Part shown: positions 1 through 10,466 of the stretch, piece by piece
Position numbering within the stretch: the stretch's first letter is position 1
Layout of the letters: each line of letters begins with the position of its first letter
From: a virus
Taxonomy: Duplodnaviria > Caudoviricetes
Direction: 5' to 3' (one strand)
Virus record (IMG/VR): IMGVR_UViG_3300005841_000939
DNA length: 64,000 nt
Notes under the pieces: generated by a model
Databases searched by the model: none
What the model was told of the DNA's origin: nothing
The model's input: the letters and a program-made list of their open reading frames with translations, nothing else
Made by a program: the position numbers and the translations under genes

Positions 1-44
1 CCAGAATCAGCATTGAAAGTTTCAAATTATTTGAGTAAATAATT

Positions 45-467
45 ATGCCAAAATATACAAATACAAAACAATTCATTCAGCCAATCATGATTGAAGGAAA
101 GAGATTGTTGGTTAGACCCAATCAAACAATTCAAACTTCTAAGGCAATTGATTTGTCAATTTATTCTTTTCTTGAATTAGCGCCAGATGATCGTGAAATA
201 AGCAATGTTGCTGAAAGTAAAAATCAATTAGTTGTTGATAAAGCTAAAGAAGATCAAATTGCAGAATTAAAAACACATATTGAAAATCTTACGAAGAAGG
301 TAGAAGAACCAGTCGTTTCTCAAGATATATTACAGCGCCTAGAAACTGTAGAAAAAAGACAAAAAGTTTTGAAAGATGCTATAGATACGTTAAATACTGC
401 ATTGTCAAACCTTGAAAGTGAAGTATACTTTAATGGTACCTTCGTAATTGAAGATGAAAATAAATAA
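45..467 (+). CDS. hypothetical protein with coiled-coil C-terminus
   Basis: 140-aa ORF, stop overlaps the next ATG (TAATG). Confidence 0.65.
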   Translation: MPKYTNTKQFIQPIMIEGKRLLVRPNQTIQTSKAIDLSIYSFLELAPDDREISNVAESKNQLVVDKAKEDQIAELKTHIENLTKKVEEPVVSQDILQRLETVEKRQKVLKDAIDTLNTALSNLESEVYFNGTFVIEDENK

Positions 468-634
468 TGTACGACGCAAAATATCAAAAACGAATTGATT
501 CATTCACTACATTTCTATTTGGCAATGTACCTGAACGACCAATTGATTCACCTGATGATTTACCAAATCATGTAAAAACTGATAGAGAGTCAATGATGCC
601 ACATATCAATCAAATTGACGAGGATAAAAAATAA
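467..634 (+). CDS. small hypothetical protein (55 aa, below the ORF-track cutoff)
   Basis: MYDAKYQKRIDSF...EDKK; TAATG overlaps with both neighbours. Confidence 0.5.
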   Translation: MYDAKYQKRIDSFTTFLFGNVPERPIDSPDDLPNHVKTDRESMMPHINQIDEDKK

Positions 635-927
635 TGGCTGCAACAATTCTTACAGTTGGATGTCAAAGCGATCACGGTGGAACAATTATTACAGGTGATC
701 CTTTGTTGACCATTAATGGTAAACCAGTTGCAAGAATTGGTGATTTACACTCATGTCCTCAGTTTTGGGTTTTAGTTCCACACTCAATTACTCCTATTGT
801 AGCATCAAACCCTTGTCCATATCGTCCAAATATAAAAGGTAGATTAGCTGCAATATCTGGTGATACAACAGGTTGTGGAGCACGCCTTTTGCCATGCGCG
901 GATCTTGGTACAATTCCAAGTTGCTGA
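634..927 (+). CDS. PAAR-domain spike-tip protein
   Basis: SDHGGTIITG...INGKPVARIGDLHSCP...H...GDTTGCGARL matches the PAAR Zn-binding pattern. Confidence 0.85.
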   Translation: MAATILTVGCQSDHGGTIITGDPLLTINGKPVARIGDLHSCPQFWVLVPHSITPIVASNPCPYRPNIKGRLAAISGDTTGCGARLLPCADLGTIPSC

Positions 928-978
928 TTGAATTTTCTTCTATACAATAGAAGTGAATTCATTTAAGAAAGAAAAATA

Positions 979-1545
979 ATGACACCAAAAATTTATGTTA
1001 AAGAATCAGCACGCACCGATGCTCCTACTGATAAAGTAGAAGAAAGATTGAAAACTATTCCTGGTTTGGATATTGTTCTTACATCAAATCTTAGAACTTT
1101 CGTGTCAGAAGGTGAAGATTTAGATAAGCTGAAGAAACTTATCTTTTATGGTAAGGGTGAATTGAGTGAAAAAGAATACGAAGGCAATACATTCTCAGAA
1201 GGTCGTTTAGTTGACGAAAAATTTGCTAAAACATTGCATGGTATTCTTGGTATTGCTACTGAATCAGGTGAACTTGTTGAAGCTTTGTTAAACAACATTA
1301 CATCAAATGAAAAAGTTGATGAAAATACAGTTCTTAAGGAAATTGATTCCGTAAACTTAGAAGAAGAAATCGGTGATCTATTCTGGTACATCGCTTTACT
1401 TTGCAGAACTTATAATTTTGACATTGAAAAGCTCATGCAAAAGAATATTGATAAACTCAAGTTGAGATTTCCTAACAAGTTCTCAGAAGAAAAGGCTATC
1501 AATCGTAACGTAGAAAAAGAACGTGTAGTATTGGAAGAAAAGTAA
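979..1545 (+). CDS. MazG-like nucleotide pyrophosphohydrolase
   Basis: LHGILGIATESGEL...LEEEIGDLFWYIA...NIDKLKLRFP all-alpha NTP-PPase motifs. Confidence 0.75.
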   Translation: MTPKIYVKESARTDAPTDKVEERLKTIPGLDIVLTSNLRTFVSEGEDLDKLKKLIFYGKGELSEKEYEGNTFSEGRLVDEKFAKTLHGILGIATESGELVEALLNNITSNEKVDENTVLKEIDSVNLEEEIGDLFWYIALLCRTYNFDIEKLMQKNIDKLKLRFPNKFSEEKAINRNVEKERVVLEEK

Positions 1546-2480
1546 TGGCAAAACCAATAAAAATCGTAGTTCACAATGATCTAGATGGTGGAGGTTCTGC
1601 CATCTGCATTGTGAACTATATTAATCAAAAATATGGTAAAGGTCATCCTTACGATATTTGGTTTGGTGGTTATGACAAGGTCAACCAATATGTTGAACGT
1701 GTCATGGATTGGCCAGACAAATATGAAGAAGTGATTATTGCTGATATTTCTACAAACGTTGAATTAGCTAAAGACTTTCCATCAAATTTCTTGACGTTGG
1801 ATCATCACGATTCAGCAGCAAAGTTGAATGGTATTGGTAATTGTATTATTGATACATCAGGCAATCATTGTGGTGCATCATTATGCTATAAGCATTTGTT
1901 GATGGATAATAACTATGAGTTCAAGCATCTTACAAATTTGGTAAAAATTTGTATTGATTATGACTTGTATCATTTAAAGCTTCCAAAGAATATTGCCAAG
2001 AATTTAAATTTCTTGTATTACTACTATTGGGGTGAAAAGTTTATTGCTAGATTCCTAAATGGATTTGATAAGTTCACTGACACTGAAAAGATTTTCTTGA
2101 AATCAAAATGGGCTGATATTGAAAAACAAATTGCTGATGCAGAGATTATTGATTTATTGCAAGAGGAACCTGGTAAAAAGGGTAAATTTGGAATATTCAT
2201 TATAAAAAGTGGGCAAGATGCAATTAATGATATTTGTGAAAATGCAATAAATGTCCTAGGATACGATATAATCATAGCCGCAAATCCAAATAAAGGTAAG
2301 ATTAGTGTTCGTGCATCAACACATGCAGAAGAAAAAGGTATGCACGTTGGCATGTTACATGAATCTTTAGGTATTGGTGGTGGACACCCTAAAGCTGGCG
2401 GCGCTCAATATGGTTCAGATGACGAACTGGAAAAGATTACTGAAGCTTATGCAAATCGGATTTTAGAACTAGAAATATAA
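1545..2480 (+). CDS. DHH/DHHA1 family phosphoesterase
   Basis: HNDLDG, ADIS, LDHH, DYD and GGGHPKAGG motifs. Confidence 0.8.
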   Translation: MAKPIKIVVHNDLDGGGSAICIVNYINQKYGKGHPYDIWFGGYDKVNQYVERVMDWPDKYEEVIIADISTNVELAKDFPSNFLTLDHHDSAAKLNGIGNCIIDTSGNHCGASLCYKHLLMDNNYEFKHLTNLVKICIDYDLYHLKLPKNIAKNLNFLYYYYWGEKFIARFLNGFDKFTDTEKIFLKSKWADIEKQIADAEIIDLLQEEPGKKGKFGIFIIKSGQDAINDICENAINVLGYDIIIAANPNKGKISVRASTHAEEKGMHVGMLHESLGIGGGHPKAGGAQYGSDDELEKITEAYANRILELEI

Positions 2481-2509
2481 ATAAATCCGATTTCGCATAT
2501 ACTTATGAA

Positions 2510-2728
2510 ATGCGATTAAGCAGAGACGAATTTTATGGTCATGTCAGGATTCAAAAGCTTGCCACGGCCATAAATAAAAAGACTAAAGAGAAACAAAATA
2601 ATCTTCTTGTAAAAGAGCCAGTCCTCATTCAACTATTAAAAGAGAATGAAGACTGGCTTGATTATATTGGTTTGAAATTAGACCTTAAAAATAAAAAGAG
2701 CATTTACCTAAGATGGGATATTGAATAA
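2510..2728 (+). CDS. hypothetical protein
   Basis: 72-aa ORF, translationally coupled to the next. Confidence 0.5.
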   Translation: MRLSRDEFYGHVRIQKLATAINKKTKEKQNNLLVKEPVLIQLLKENEDWLDYIGLKLDLKNKKSIYLRWDIE

Positions 2729-3054
2729 TGGCTTCTTCACCAAAGAAAAAGAAATTTGAGATTTTAGAAGATTCAACATCAGGTTTACGACTTCCGCTTG
2801 ATTTGCTGCTAATACATGATGTTGAAGATTTAGAAGATTCTTTATCCGCCAAATGGGTTGTAGAATCTGATGGAGCAATAACATTTCATAAAACAGATTA
2901 TGATTTAGAACTATTCGTTGAAGATTTAGATGAATTCAAATATTACCAATTAGATGATATTGAACATGATCGTATTCACGCTGCTATTGAATTACTAAAT
3001 AAAGCAGAAGATGATAATTTCTTAGATCATATTCTCAATCGTTTAGTTAGATAA
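2728..3054 (+). CDS. acidic hypothetical protein
   Basis: 108-aa ORF, TAATG overlap. Confidence 0.55.
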   Translation: MASSPKKKKFEILEDSTSGLRLPLDLLLIHDVEDLEDSLSAKWVVESDGAITFHKTDYDLELFVEDLDEFKYYQLDDIEHDRIHAAIELLNKAEDDNFLDHILNRLVR

Positions 3055-3100
3055 TTACGTAATTTTGGTTCTCCTGGATTTATTATATAATGATAAAAGT

Positions 3101-3108
3101 TATAAATA
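3101..3108 (+). promoter_or_regulatory. candidate T4-type late promoter TATAAATA
   Basis: exact octamer 26 nt upstream of the 948-aa ORF; the same octamer lies just upstream of several other ORFs. Confidence 0.45.
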
Positions 3109-3133
3109 GTCTTTAATCTCACGGAGTGACCTA

Positions 3134-5980
3134 ATGCCAGTATCCTTTGTTTCAAAAGATCATGAAAAAGAATGGGACAAAGCCAAAGAAATAGCAACGG
3201 AACGCTTTGGTAGTCAAAAACATAAGTCGTTTTGGGCATTCACTAATTGGATGTATCATAAACTTGTAGGCGAACCATTGTCAGAAACATGGGATCATGA
3301 AAAGCCTATTGCAAAAGACAAACGCGTTTTCCCAACATCATATTATGGATGTTGGAAAGAAATGGAACGTTATATTAATCGCCATCCAGTTTATTCAACT
3401 CTTTCAGAAGATGATAAAGATGAATTGGCACATAATTGGTTCACTAACAATGAAGATCACACAAAATACGAAGTAACCAAACTCAATGAATTTATCAGTA
3501 CATATGGTAACGCAACATATGGAAATAATGGTTTATATGGCGGTGTAACACCTTTTGGTGGTGGACGTGATGAATCTCCCCGTGGTCCAATTGTTTATGG
3601 TTTTCCTGAACCAGGTACTCCATTGAATGGTAGCGGTGGAAGTGGCAATTATGGTTCAACTGTTGGATCAACTATTTCAAATGGAGTTGGAAATGTTCAA
3701 GATGCTGGTGGCCCAAGTGGAGGTGATCCAGCAATTGTAAATATCCCTCCAAAAGAATCAAATTACAAGCCATGGGAAACCACATTAGATAAAGATGGTA
3801 ATGTAGTTTCTGACATTGAACGTAAACAAGTAACACAAGCTGAAACAGATGCTTGGAATGGTCCATTAGGTGATGTTATTACATCATTGGAAGATAATGG
3901 TTTAAATGTTGAAGAATTCAATGACATGACAGAAGAACAGATTGAAGATGCAATTCTTCGTGCTCTGAAAAAAGAAAAATCAAAGCATGATTCACAAAAT
4001 ATGAATCAAAATGTTAATCAAATTCCCGGCACTATTCAAAATAAATTACAAGAAGCTTTTTCTTGGATGTCAGAAGAAGATATGCTTGATGAAGCAAAAC
4101 GTGAAAAGGGAGCAATTCCAAAAGCACGCGATTTGTTATCAAGTAAGTTTGGTGTAAAAAATGCCAAAGATAAAGATGAAAATGGTAGAAAATACGTTTT
4201 GAGTCGCAATGAAATTGAAAAAATAATGCGACAAAAAGGTTTAAATTATGACCCTCAATCAGGCCGTTGGCTTGAAAAGGGTGGTAAAGATCCAGAAGAA
4301 AAAGAAGACGTTGTTGTTGATCCAGAGTCTCCAGCAAAAGATGAAAAAGAAGATCCAGATGCACCTGAATTCACAAAGAAGGTTATTCCTAACGATCCAA
4401 ATCCATTACACAATCTTGAAATAATCGCAAAGATTAAAGATTATGAAGCTAGATACTTGCTTGGATTAGCACATGATGATCAATTGGCAGGTACATATAT
4501 CACTGATCCAAAAACAAATGAAAAGCTACCTCAAATTGATGGTGCAAGCATCCTTGCAAAATTAGAATTGTTGAAATACACTTGGCAACCTGATAAGACA
4601 ATATGGTTGAATCACCAATTGAGTCTTCCACCAGCAGTATTTGCCAATGGAGAAGACCGCCAATTTGTTTCTGGACGTGCAATTCTTTCCGCTATTACCA
4701 ACAATCCAAAATGGATTCAAGTCAATTCAGATGACAGTATGCCAGTTGAGCCTAAAGAATACGTTGCTCAAGAATTAGAGAAGAATGGTTATACTTGGGA
4801 TCCGAATTCATTGCAATGGTCATGGAAACCTGTAACAACACCTCAAACTATGAATGAATCATTTTTGGCAGAAGCAAATGACAATAAGAAAAACGTTGCC
4901 ATTAAGCAAGGTCAAGGTCGTTTCTTATATGACATTGATTCTGTAAACAATGCAAATGATAAAGAACAAATTAAAGATATTTTAAATCGTGCTTCAACAA
5001 AGAAGACTGATGAAAAGAATGTTGCAGTTGATTATCCACACGTTGAAAACTATTTGGATGATAAAGGATTTACTTTTGATCGCAGATTCAATATGTGGGT
5101 TGATCGTGATGGAACATTCCCAGCATCATTAGAAGATTTGGGTGAAACACCAGAAAGTTTTATTGGTCGTGGTATTCTTTATGCAAATGGTGATGAAAGT
5201 GCTATTGCTGTAGAAAATCAAAAAGATTCAACCAAGCGTGCTCCAAGAAAACGCGAAAAAAGCGTTATTGAAGATATGCAAGATCATGGATATTATTTTG
5301 ATGAAAATAGTGGTTGGAAAAAGAAAGAATCTATCCGAACAGAAGATGGACGTGAAATTTCTGAACCTCAAGAAGTTGCAGAATATAAAAAGCAACAACA
5401 AGAAAAGAAACAAGCTGAAATTGCTGCTAAAGAACAAGCAAAACAATTGAAGTTACAGCAACAACAAGCCAAGCAAGCAGAATTAGATAAAGCAAAAGCT
5501 GGCCAAGCACAATCGCAAAGTGAAGCTAGACTTCTTGATGCAAATTATGATCTTTTGAGTCCACAAGACAAACAAGCATATGATGATATGATTCTCAAAA
5601 AATCAGCTATGAAATCTATGGGAATGCAAACCTGGCCAACTGATGAAGAACAACAAAAGAAGGCAATTAAAGATTTCAGAAAATATCACAAGCAAGTTAT
5701 TGACCCAGCAACTGGAAAGAAAACTTGGATCAATCGCAATTCTGATATGAAGAAATTTGTTGAACCAAAATCTCCATTTAGACGTGCATTATCATCTATT
5801 ATAAAAAATACTGGAAGACTAGGTGCCGCAGCAGGAACTGGTTTAGGTGCAGCTTTATGGAATCTTGCAAGAGATAACGTACATGCTGCGGCTTATGCAG
5901 TAAATCCTTGGAATGTTGCCAAGAATGTGCAAAAGCCCGAAAATCTAAGAGCACCACATCCAAAATCAGATTTTAACTAA
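3134..5980 (+). CDS. large hypothetical protein, possibly a head-internal virion protein
   Basis: 948-aa ORF with GGAG RBS, Gly-rich and Gln/Lys coiled-coil segments; function inferred only. Confidence 0.7.
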   Translation: MPVSFVSKDHEKEWDKAKEIATERFGSQKHKSFWAFTNWMYHKLVGEPLSETWDHEKPIAKDKRVFPTSYYGCWKEMERYINRHPVYSTLSEDDKDELAHNWFTNNEDHTKYEVTKLNEFISTYGNATYGNNGLYGGVTPFGGGRDESPRGPIVYGFPEPGTPLNGSGGSGNYGSTVGSTISNGVGNVQDAGGPSGGDPAIVNIPPKESNYKPWETTLDKDGNVVSDIERKQVTQAETDAWNGPLGDVITSLEDNGLNVEEFNDMTEEQIEDAILRALKKEKSKHDSQNMNQNVNQIPGTIQNKLQEAFSWMSEEDMLDEAKREKGAIPKARDLLSSKFGVKNAKDKDENGRKYVLSRNEIEKIMRQKGLNYDPQSGRWLEKGGKDPEEKEDVVVDPESPAKDEKEDPDAPEFTKKVIPNDPNPLHNLEIIAKIKDYEARYLLGLAHDDQLAGTYITDPKTNEKLPQIDGASILAKLELLKYTWQPDKTIWLNHQLSLPPAVFANGEDRQFVSGRAILSAITNNPKWIQVNSDDSMPVEPKEYVAQELEKNGYTWDPNSLQWSWKPVTTPQTMNESFLAEANDNKKNVAIKQGQGRFLYDIDSVNNANDKEQIKDILNRASTKKTDEKNVAVDYPHVENYLDDKGFTFDRRFNMWVDRDGTFPASLEDLGETPESFIGRGILYANGDESAIAVENQKDSTKRAPRKREKSVIEDMQDHGYYFDENSGWKKKESIRTEDGREISEPQEVAEYKKQQQEKKQAEIAAKEQAKQLKLQQQQAKQAELDKAKAGQAQSQSEARLLDANYDLLSPQDKQAYDDMILKKSAMKSMGMQTWPTDEEQQKKAIKDFRKYHKQVIDPATGKKTWINRNSDMKKFVEPKSPFRRALSSIIKNTGRLGAAAGTGLGAALWNLARDNVHAAAYAVNPWNVAKNVQKPENLRAPHPKSDFN

Positions 5981-6612
5981 ATGGTTTGAAAAAAATCATC
6001 CCATTTAGTTTCATTTATTTCAAACCCTGATGTAACCAATACATTTTTAAATTCAATGGCATTATTGTCAGGATTATCAAATACCTGTATTTCTACAGGA
6101 TCGTAGATAAATTGAAACCAATAATTATAGTCTTTTTTAAGCCACAATTTTTTACTTAAATCAATAAAGTCTTGCAGAGTGTTACACTCTAAAATACCTC
6201 TATTAACTGTATGAATATTTCCTTTAACGGATTTTCTTTTAGTAATGAGTCGTAAACGTCTCATTTCAATAAATTTAAATAATTTTGCAGCTAAACTATT
6301 TTCAATATCACCTTGTGTAGAATCATTATAAACGCTAAATGGAATTACCTCATTAAAATGAGAATAATTTTGCATCGTATAGACTTTGTTGGTTATAAAA
6401 TCAACAACAGTTAATCCATAACCATCAGGATATAATGACTTGGTTCTAAATTTTAAATATTTATTTTCTTTTACAATTTCTGGAATATATTTTTCGTCTT
6501 TGGCAATTAAACCTGGATGTTCTACCATCCATTTCATGCCACCAGTGTATGCCTCAAAAAATAAAACTTCGCCCTTAGTATTTCTAAAAGCGAAGTTACA
6601 AGGTCCACCCAT
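5977..6612 (-). CDS. hypothetical protein
   Basis: 211-aa ORF convergent with the 948-aa gene. Confidence 0.6.
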   Translation of the reverse strand: MGGPCNFAFRNTKGEVLFFEAYTGGMKWMVEHPGLIAKDEKYIPEIVKENKYLKFRTKSLYPDGYGLTVVDFITNKVYTMQNYSHFNEVIPFSVYNDSTQGDIENSLAAKLFKFIEMRRLRLITKRKSVKGNIHTVNRGILECNTLQDFIDLSKKLWLKKDYNYWFQFIYDPVEIQVFDNPDNNAIEFKNVLVTSGFEINETKWDDFFQTI

Positions 6613-6644
6613 GGTTTATCTCCAGGGCTACATTGTATTATTTT

Positions 6645-7049
6645 TTATTGATCTGTCCAGCTTACTTCGTAAACGCCAAAACCAGCTTCCTTGATGTAAT
6701 TGATCTTAGGGCGTTTTTCGTTTTCAAACAATGTACACATTTTCAAAAGTACCAAATTTTCTGGACCTTTGAACTTCTTTGCTTGTGTTTCAGCCTTGTA
6801 TTTTTCAGTTAAGAATTTCTTAGCACGACGACTATCAAATTGACCATTAGGTTCTTCTTCAGTTGACTTTTCAAATGTATCAACCTTTGGACGATTTGAT
6901 GCAGGAGCTGCTGTTTCCTGAATTACTTTTCTATTTTGTTGCTGTGGTTGCTTTTGGCCACCATTTTGATTCATCATTGCACGCCAACCCGCTGTTACTT
7001 TGCGTGTTTCGTCTGATGCGCCACCGCCCGAGGGAGTAATAACTGACAT
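6645..7049 (-). CDS. hypothetical protein
   Basis: 134-aa ORF. Confidence 0.6.
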   Translation of the reverse strand: MSVITPSGGGASDETRKVTAGWRAMMNQNGGQKQPQQQNRKVIQETAAPASNRPKVDTFEKSTEEEPNGQFDSRRAKKFLTEKYKAETQAKKFKGPENLVLLKMCTLFENEKRPKINYIKEAGFGVYEVSWTDQ

Positions 7050-7051
7050 AA

Positions 7052-7819
7052 TTAGATACCTTTCTTTCCTACATGAATAACCATACCTTCATTAACATCT
7101 CCTGGGAGAATAATTTCTTGACGTGCTCTTGCACGACGCAAAACATTGTTTTGAGGTTCCATGACTTTACCTCCCATTATAAGAGATTCCATCATCTTAG
7201 TAAATGCTGGAACATAAAGTAAAGTCTTATCTGGACTAACCTTAGTTTCCATAATATAATGATCTTCAAAGTTTTCTGCCAAATTATTTGCAGAATGTTT
7301 TTCCACATGCCAAATCTTGGGAGCATCGCCACTACGCTTTGCTACTTTACCAATTTCTTCATCAAATTGTTCTCTAATGGCATAGACGGGGAAATGCCCC
7401 TTTGGCAAATGATTGATAGATTCTTGTTGAACCCAACGCTTTAATTGAGGATAATCTTCCATCAAATCTAAAGCTTCAGTCAAGTGTTTAACCTTATTTT
7501 CATTAAGATAATCAACTATATGTTTTAGGAAAGTTTCTTTTAAAGAAAGACGATATTCACCCTGCATGAATTCGCGAGGATCTTCTTCAATAATTTCCTC
7601 ATCTTTACCTGTTTTTGACTTATTACGCTTATCACCTTGTCGTTCTTTACGTTTACGTATTTTATCTCGTAAACGAGTCAACCCAGGAGTTTCTGTTACT
7701 CCTGGGTTGAATCCGGTTGTACCACCAAAGCCTTCTAAAAAGACTTCTTGAAGTCGTTCCTTAAGAGTTTTGGGCTTCTGCTCCATTGATAGCTCCAAGA
7801 ACACCCTTTTGGGTGTCAT
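7052..7819 (-). CDS. hypothetical protein
   Basis: 255-aa ORF. Confidence 0.6.
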   Translation of the reverse strand: MTPKRVFLELSMEQKPKTLKERLQEVFLEGFGGTTGFNPGVTETPGLTRLRDKIRKRKERQGDKRNKSKTGKDEEIIEEDPREFMQGEYRLSLKETFLKHIVDYLNENKVKHLTEALDLMEDYPQLKRWVQQESINHLPKGHFPVYAIREQFDEEIGKVAKRSGDAPKIWHVEKHSANNLAENFEDHYIMETKVSPDKTLLYVPAFTKMMESLIMGGKVMEPQNNVLRRARARQEIILPGDVNEGMVIHVGKKGI

Positions 7820-8252
7820 CAGAACTATTTATAGCATTTCCTGGCGAAAACTCTTGTTCGATCACATCCTTGAAGTAATCACGGAACTTTTCGTAACCAA
7901 TGGTGTTCATGATTTCTTCAGGAGCCATGTGATCCAAATAGAATGGCTTTACCGTTGCCCATGGCAGATGATCCAAAAGAAGCAATTCGTCGTAACATTC
8001 AGTCAAAGTTTCAATACCAATAACCTTGCACAGGAATTTCTTGGTGTTGGTGTCATTGATGAATTCGTAAATCAATTCCGAAGTCATGGCCTGCTTGATG
8101 AATTCAATAGCAGAGCATTCAATCTTGATGTACTTGAAGCCATCCTTGTCAAATGTATTCAAGATTTCTGCTGGAAGATGGATACGCATATTGCCTTCCT
8201 TCTTCTCATCAGTTGTTTTGGTGTCTTGTTTGGTATCTGATGTATCAGACAT
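7761..8252 (-). CDS. hypothetical protein
   Basis: ORF-track frame; start moved to the ATG at 8252 (MSDTS), which removes the overlap with recQ. Confidence 0.55.
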   Translation of the reverse strand: MSDTSDTKQDTKTTDEKKEGNMRIHLPAEILNTFDKDGFKYIKIECSAIEFIKQAMTSELIYEFINDTNTKKFLCKVIGIETLTECYDELLLLDHLPWATVKPFYLDHMAPEEIMNTIGYEKFRDYFKDVIEQEFSPGNAINSSDDTQKGVLGAINGAEAQNS

Positions 8253-8254
8253 AT

Positions 8255-9727
8255 TTATTCCTTTTCTAGGCAAACATCACATTTGCCGCATGGTTTTGTT
8301 AATGATCTATCACCGAAGTATGTAAGAACTTGCAGAAGACGACAGTCTGACCTATTGTCTACTAAATTCACCATATCTTGTAGAAGTTTGATTTTATGGT
8401 TTTTTCTCTTTTGTAAAGTATCAAATTTTGGATGATTTTCATCAATACGGTCTACATATTTAACCTTATACATACCTTTACCTTCAGTCTCAACAATACC
8501 AAACAGCTTTAATGCTGTGATTGATCCACTGATGAAGTCGCCTTTTATTTCAGCTTCTTCGGCCATTTGTGCTTGTGTCTTATTGACAATTGACCCATGT
8601 TTAGCTTCAAAATTCAAATATTCCCATAACTTGATAATAGTATCCTTATCAGGGAATCTCATATTGATGAAAAGATTTTGCAGATACATATCCTGGCCCA
8701 TATTCACAAACGTATCGCAATATGATTCTGCGCCATCACGGCCCGCTCTACCAATTTCTTGATACCATGCTTCAATCGTTCCTGGCATACCAGCATGAAT
8801 TACATAACGAACATCCGATTTATCTACACCCATGCCAAATGAACATGTTGCAATAATTGGACCACCTACTTCAAACCAATCATTCTGAATCTGTTCACGC
8901 TCTTTTGACCCTAAACCAGCATGATAAACTCTAGCATGTGTACCAAATCGTTTTATTCCCATCGCAATATCTTCTGCGTTATTTCTTGTACCAGAATAAA
9001 TGATTCCAGTGGGCATACCCTTTTCTACATAATCTATAGCTTGACGAATTACTGTATTATCTCGTTCACCTTTACCTTTTAAAGATGTTATATTAATATT
9101 TAAATTTGACCTGAAGAATCCTTGAACAAATTTCTTTGCATTATGAATTCCAAGTTGAATGACAATATCTTGCTGAACAGTTTTAGTTGCAGTTGCTGTT
9201 ACTGCGATGACTTGTTTTGGTTTTAAACGTTTTATTACTTCACCCAACTTACGATATGTTGGACGAAAATCTTGACCGTATTGTGAAATGCAGTGACTTT
9301 CATCAACTGCGAAAATATTAATTCCAGTTTCTGCAAGCATTGTCAAAAATGCTTCATCTTCAAATCTTTCAGGAGCAACATATAAAATATCAACAATTCC
9401 AAAAAGAATTCCGGCTCGTACCGATTCTTTTTCTTTTGCATTCATTGATGAATTATAGTATTGAGCACTAACACCTTTTCTCTTCAATGTATCAACTTGA
9501 TCTTGCATCAAAGAAATAAGTGGTGAAATAACAATGCTTAATCCTTCCATCATTAACGATGGAATCTGAAATAGTAAACTTTTACCCTTGCCTGTTGGAA
9601 GAATTGCCAATATACCTTTATTTGTTTCATAATCTAGAGCAGCGTCAATAATTTCGCCCTGCCCCTCTCTAAAAGTTTCGTATTTAAAAACTTCTGTTAA
9701 TACTTCTTCTTTTGTTTTATAAGCCAT
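8255..9727 (-). CDS. recQ: RecQ-family DNA helicase
   Basis: LPTGKGKS, SPLISLMQDQV, YVAPERF, AVDESHCISQYGQDFRP, FGMGVDKSDVR, QEIGRAGRDG, CR...YFG...CGKCDVC. Confidence 0.93.
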   Translation of the reverse strand: MAYKTKEEVLTEVFKYETFREGQGEIIDAALDYETNKGILAILPTGKGKSLLFQIPSLMMEGLSIVISPLISLMQDQVDTLKRKGVSAQYYNSSMNAKEKESVRAGILFGIVDILYVAPERFEDEAFLTMLAETGINIFAVDESHCISQYGQDFRPTYRKLGEVIKRLKPKQVIAVTATATKTVQQDIVIQLGIHNAKKFVQGFFRSNLNINITSLKGKGERDNTVIRQAIDYVEKGMPTGIIYSGTRNNAEDIAMGIKRFGTHARVYHAGLGSKEREQIQNDWFEVGGPIIATCSFGMGVDKSDVRYVIHAGMPGTIEAWYQEIGRAGRDGAESYCDTFVNMGQDMYLQNLFINMRFPDKDTIIKLWEYLNFEAKHGSIVNKTQAQMAEEAEIKGDFISGSITALKLFGIVETEGKGMYKVKYVDRIDENHPKFDTLQKRKNHKIKLLQDMVNLVDNRSDCRLLQVLTYFGDRSLTKPCGKCDVCLEKE

Positions 9728-9737
9728 TCATTTGATT

Positions 9738-10463
9738 TTATCCATGAGCTAACGCTAAACAATACGCAGTTTTCTTGATTTCAGCGTGCAGATTAGCTCT
9801 TGCCTTTGATTCAAATGGCTTGAAGGCATCAGTACGATATAAGGAAGTTCTCTTATCTAATTGATTGAGAAAATCAAGTCTTCCAGTATATAATGCTTTA
9901 GGTTCATAAAGATCAGAAAATTCAGCAATAATTGCTTTATTCATTTCATCAAAATCTTCTGTATCCGCAGCAAATCCAGCAAGGTCAATATCCATCAAAA
10001 GATTGACATTTTGTTTATGAACGCCTTGGTCATCCCACCAAGCACACAGCGTGTCCTTGAGATGTTCAGATGTTGCTGAAATATAATTGTAAAGATAAAT
10101 TCCTTCCTGTTTAGAAATAAATTTATCCATAATTGCAATTGCAAAGTTAGCTGAATTCTCTTCATTCTTTTTATTTCCAGGGATATAGATGGCATCGTGG
10201 AATAAGAATGCTAATCCAACTTCTTTATTAACATCAATTTTGTTTTTATTGCAAAAATCAACACACCATGCAAGATGCGCAACGGTATGATAATGAACAT
10301 TATCATGATTCATTGAAAATGTCACCAAGTCAACAATCCACGCTATATAAACTTCATCAATTTTATATTCATCTAAAACGTTTCCAAAAAAATTAAGTAT
10401 TATAAGCCTTGTGTTATCAAAATCCGAAGAATCTTGAGTATCATGAATATCGTAAAATTTCAT
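9738..10463 (-). CDS. HD-superfamily metal-dependent phosphohydrolase
   Basis: HYHTVAH...FHDAIY...NEENSA...MDIDLAGFA pattern. Confidence 0.7.
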   Translation of the reverse strand: MKFYDIHDTQDSSDFDNTRLIILNFFGNVLDEYKIDEVYIAWIVDLVTFSMNHDNVHYHTVAHLAWCVDFCNKNKIDVNKEVGLAFLFHDAIYIPGNKKNEENSANFAIAIMDKFISKQEGIYLYNYISATSEHLKDTLCAWWDDQGVHKQNVNLLMDIDLAGFAADTEDFDEMNKAIIAEFSDLYEPKALYTGRLDFLNQLDKRTSLYRTDAFKPFESKARANLHAEIKKTAYCLALAHG

Positions 10464-10466
10464 AAG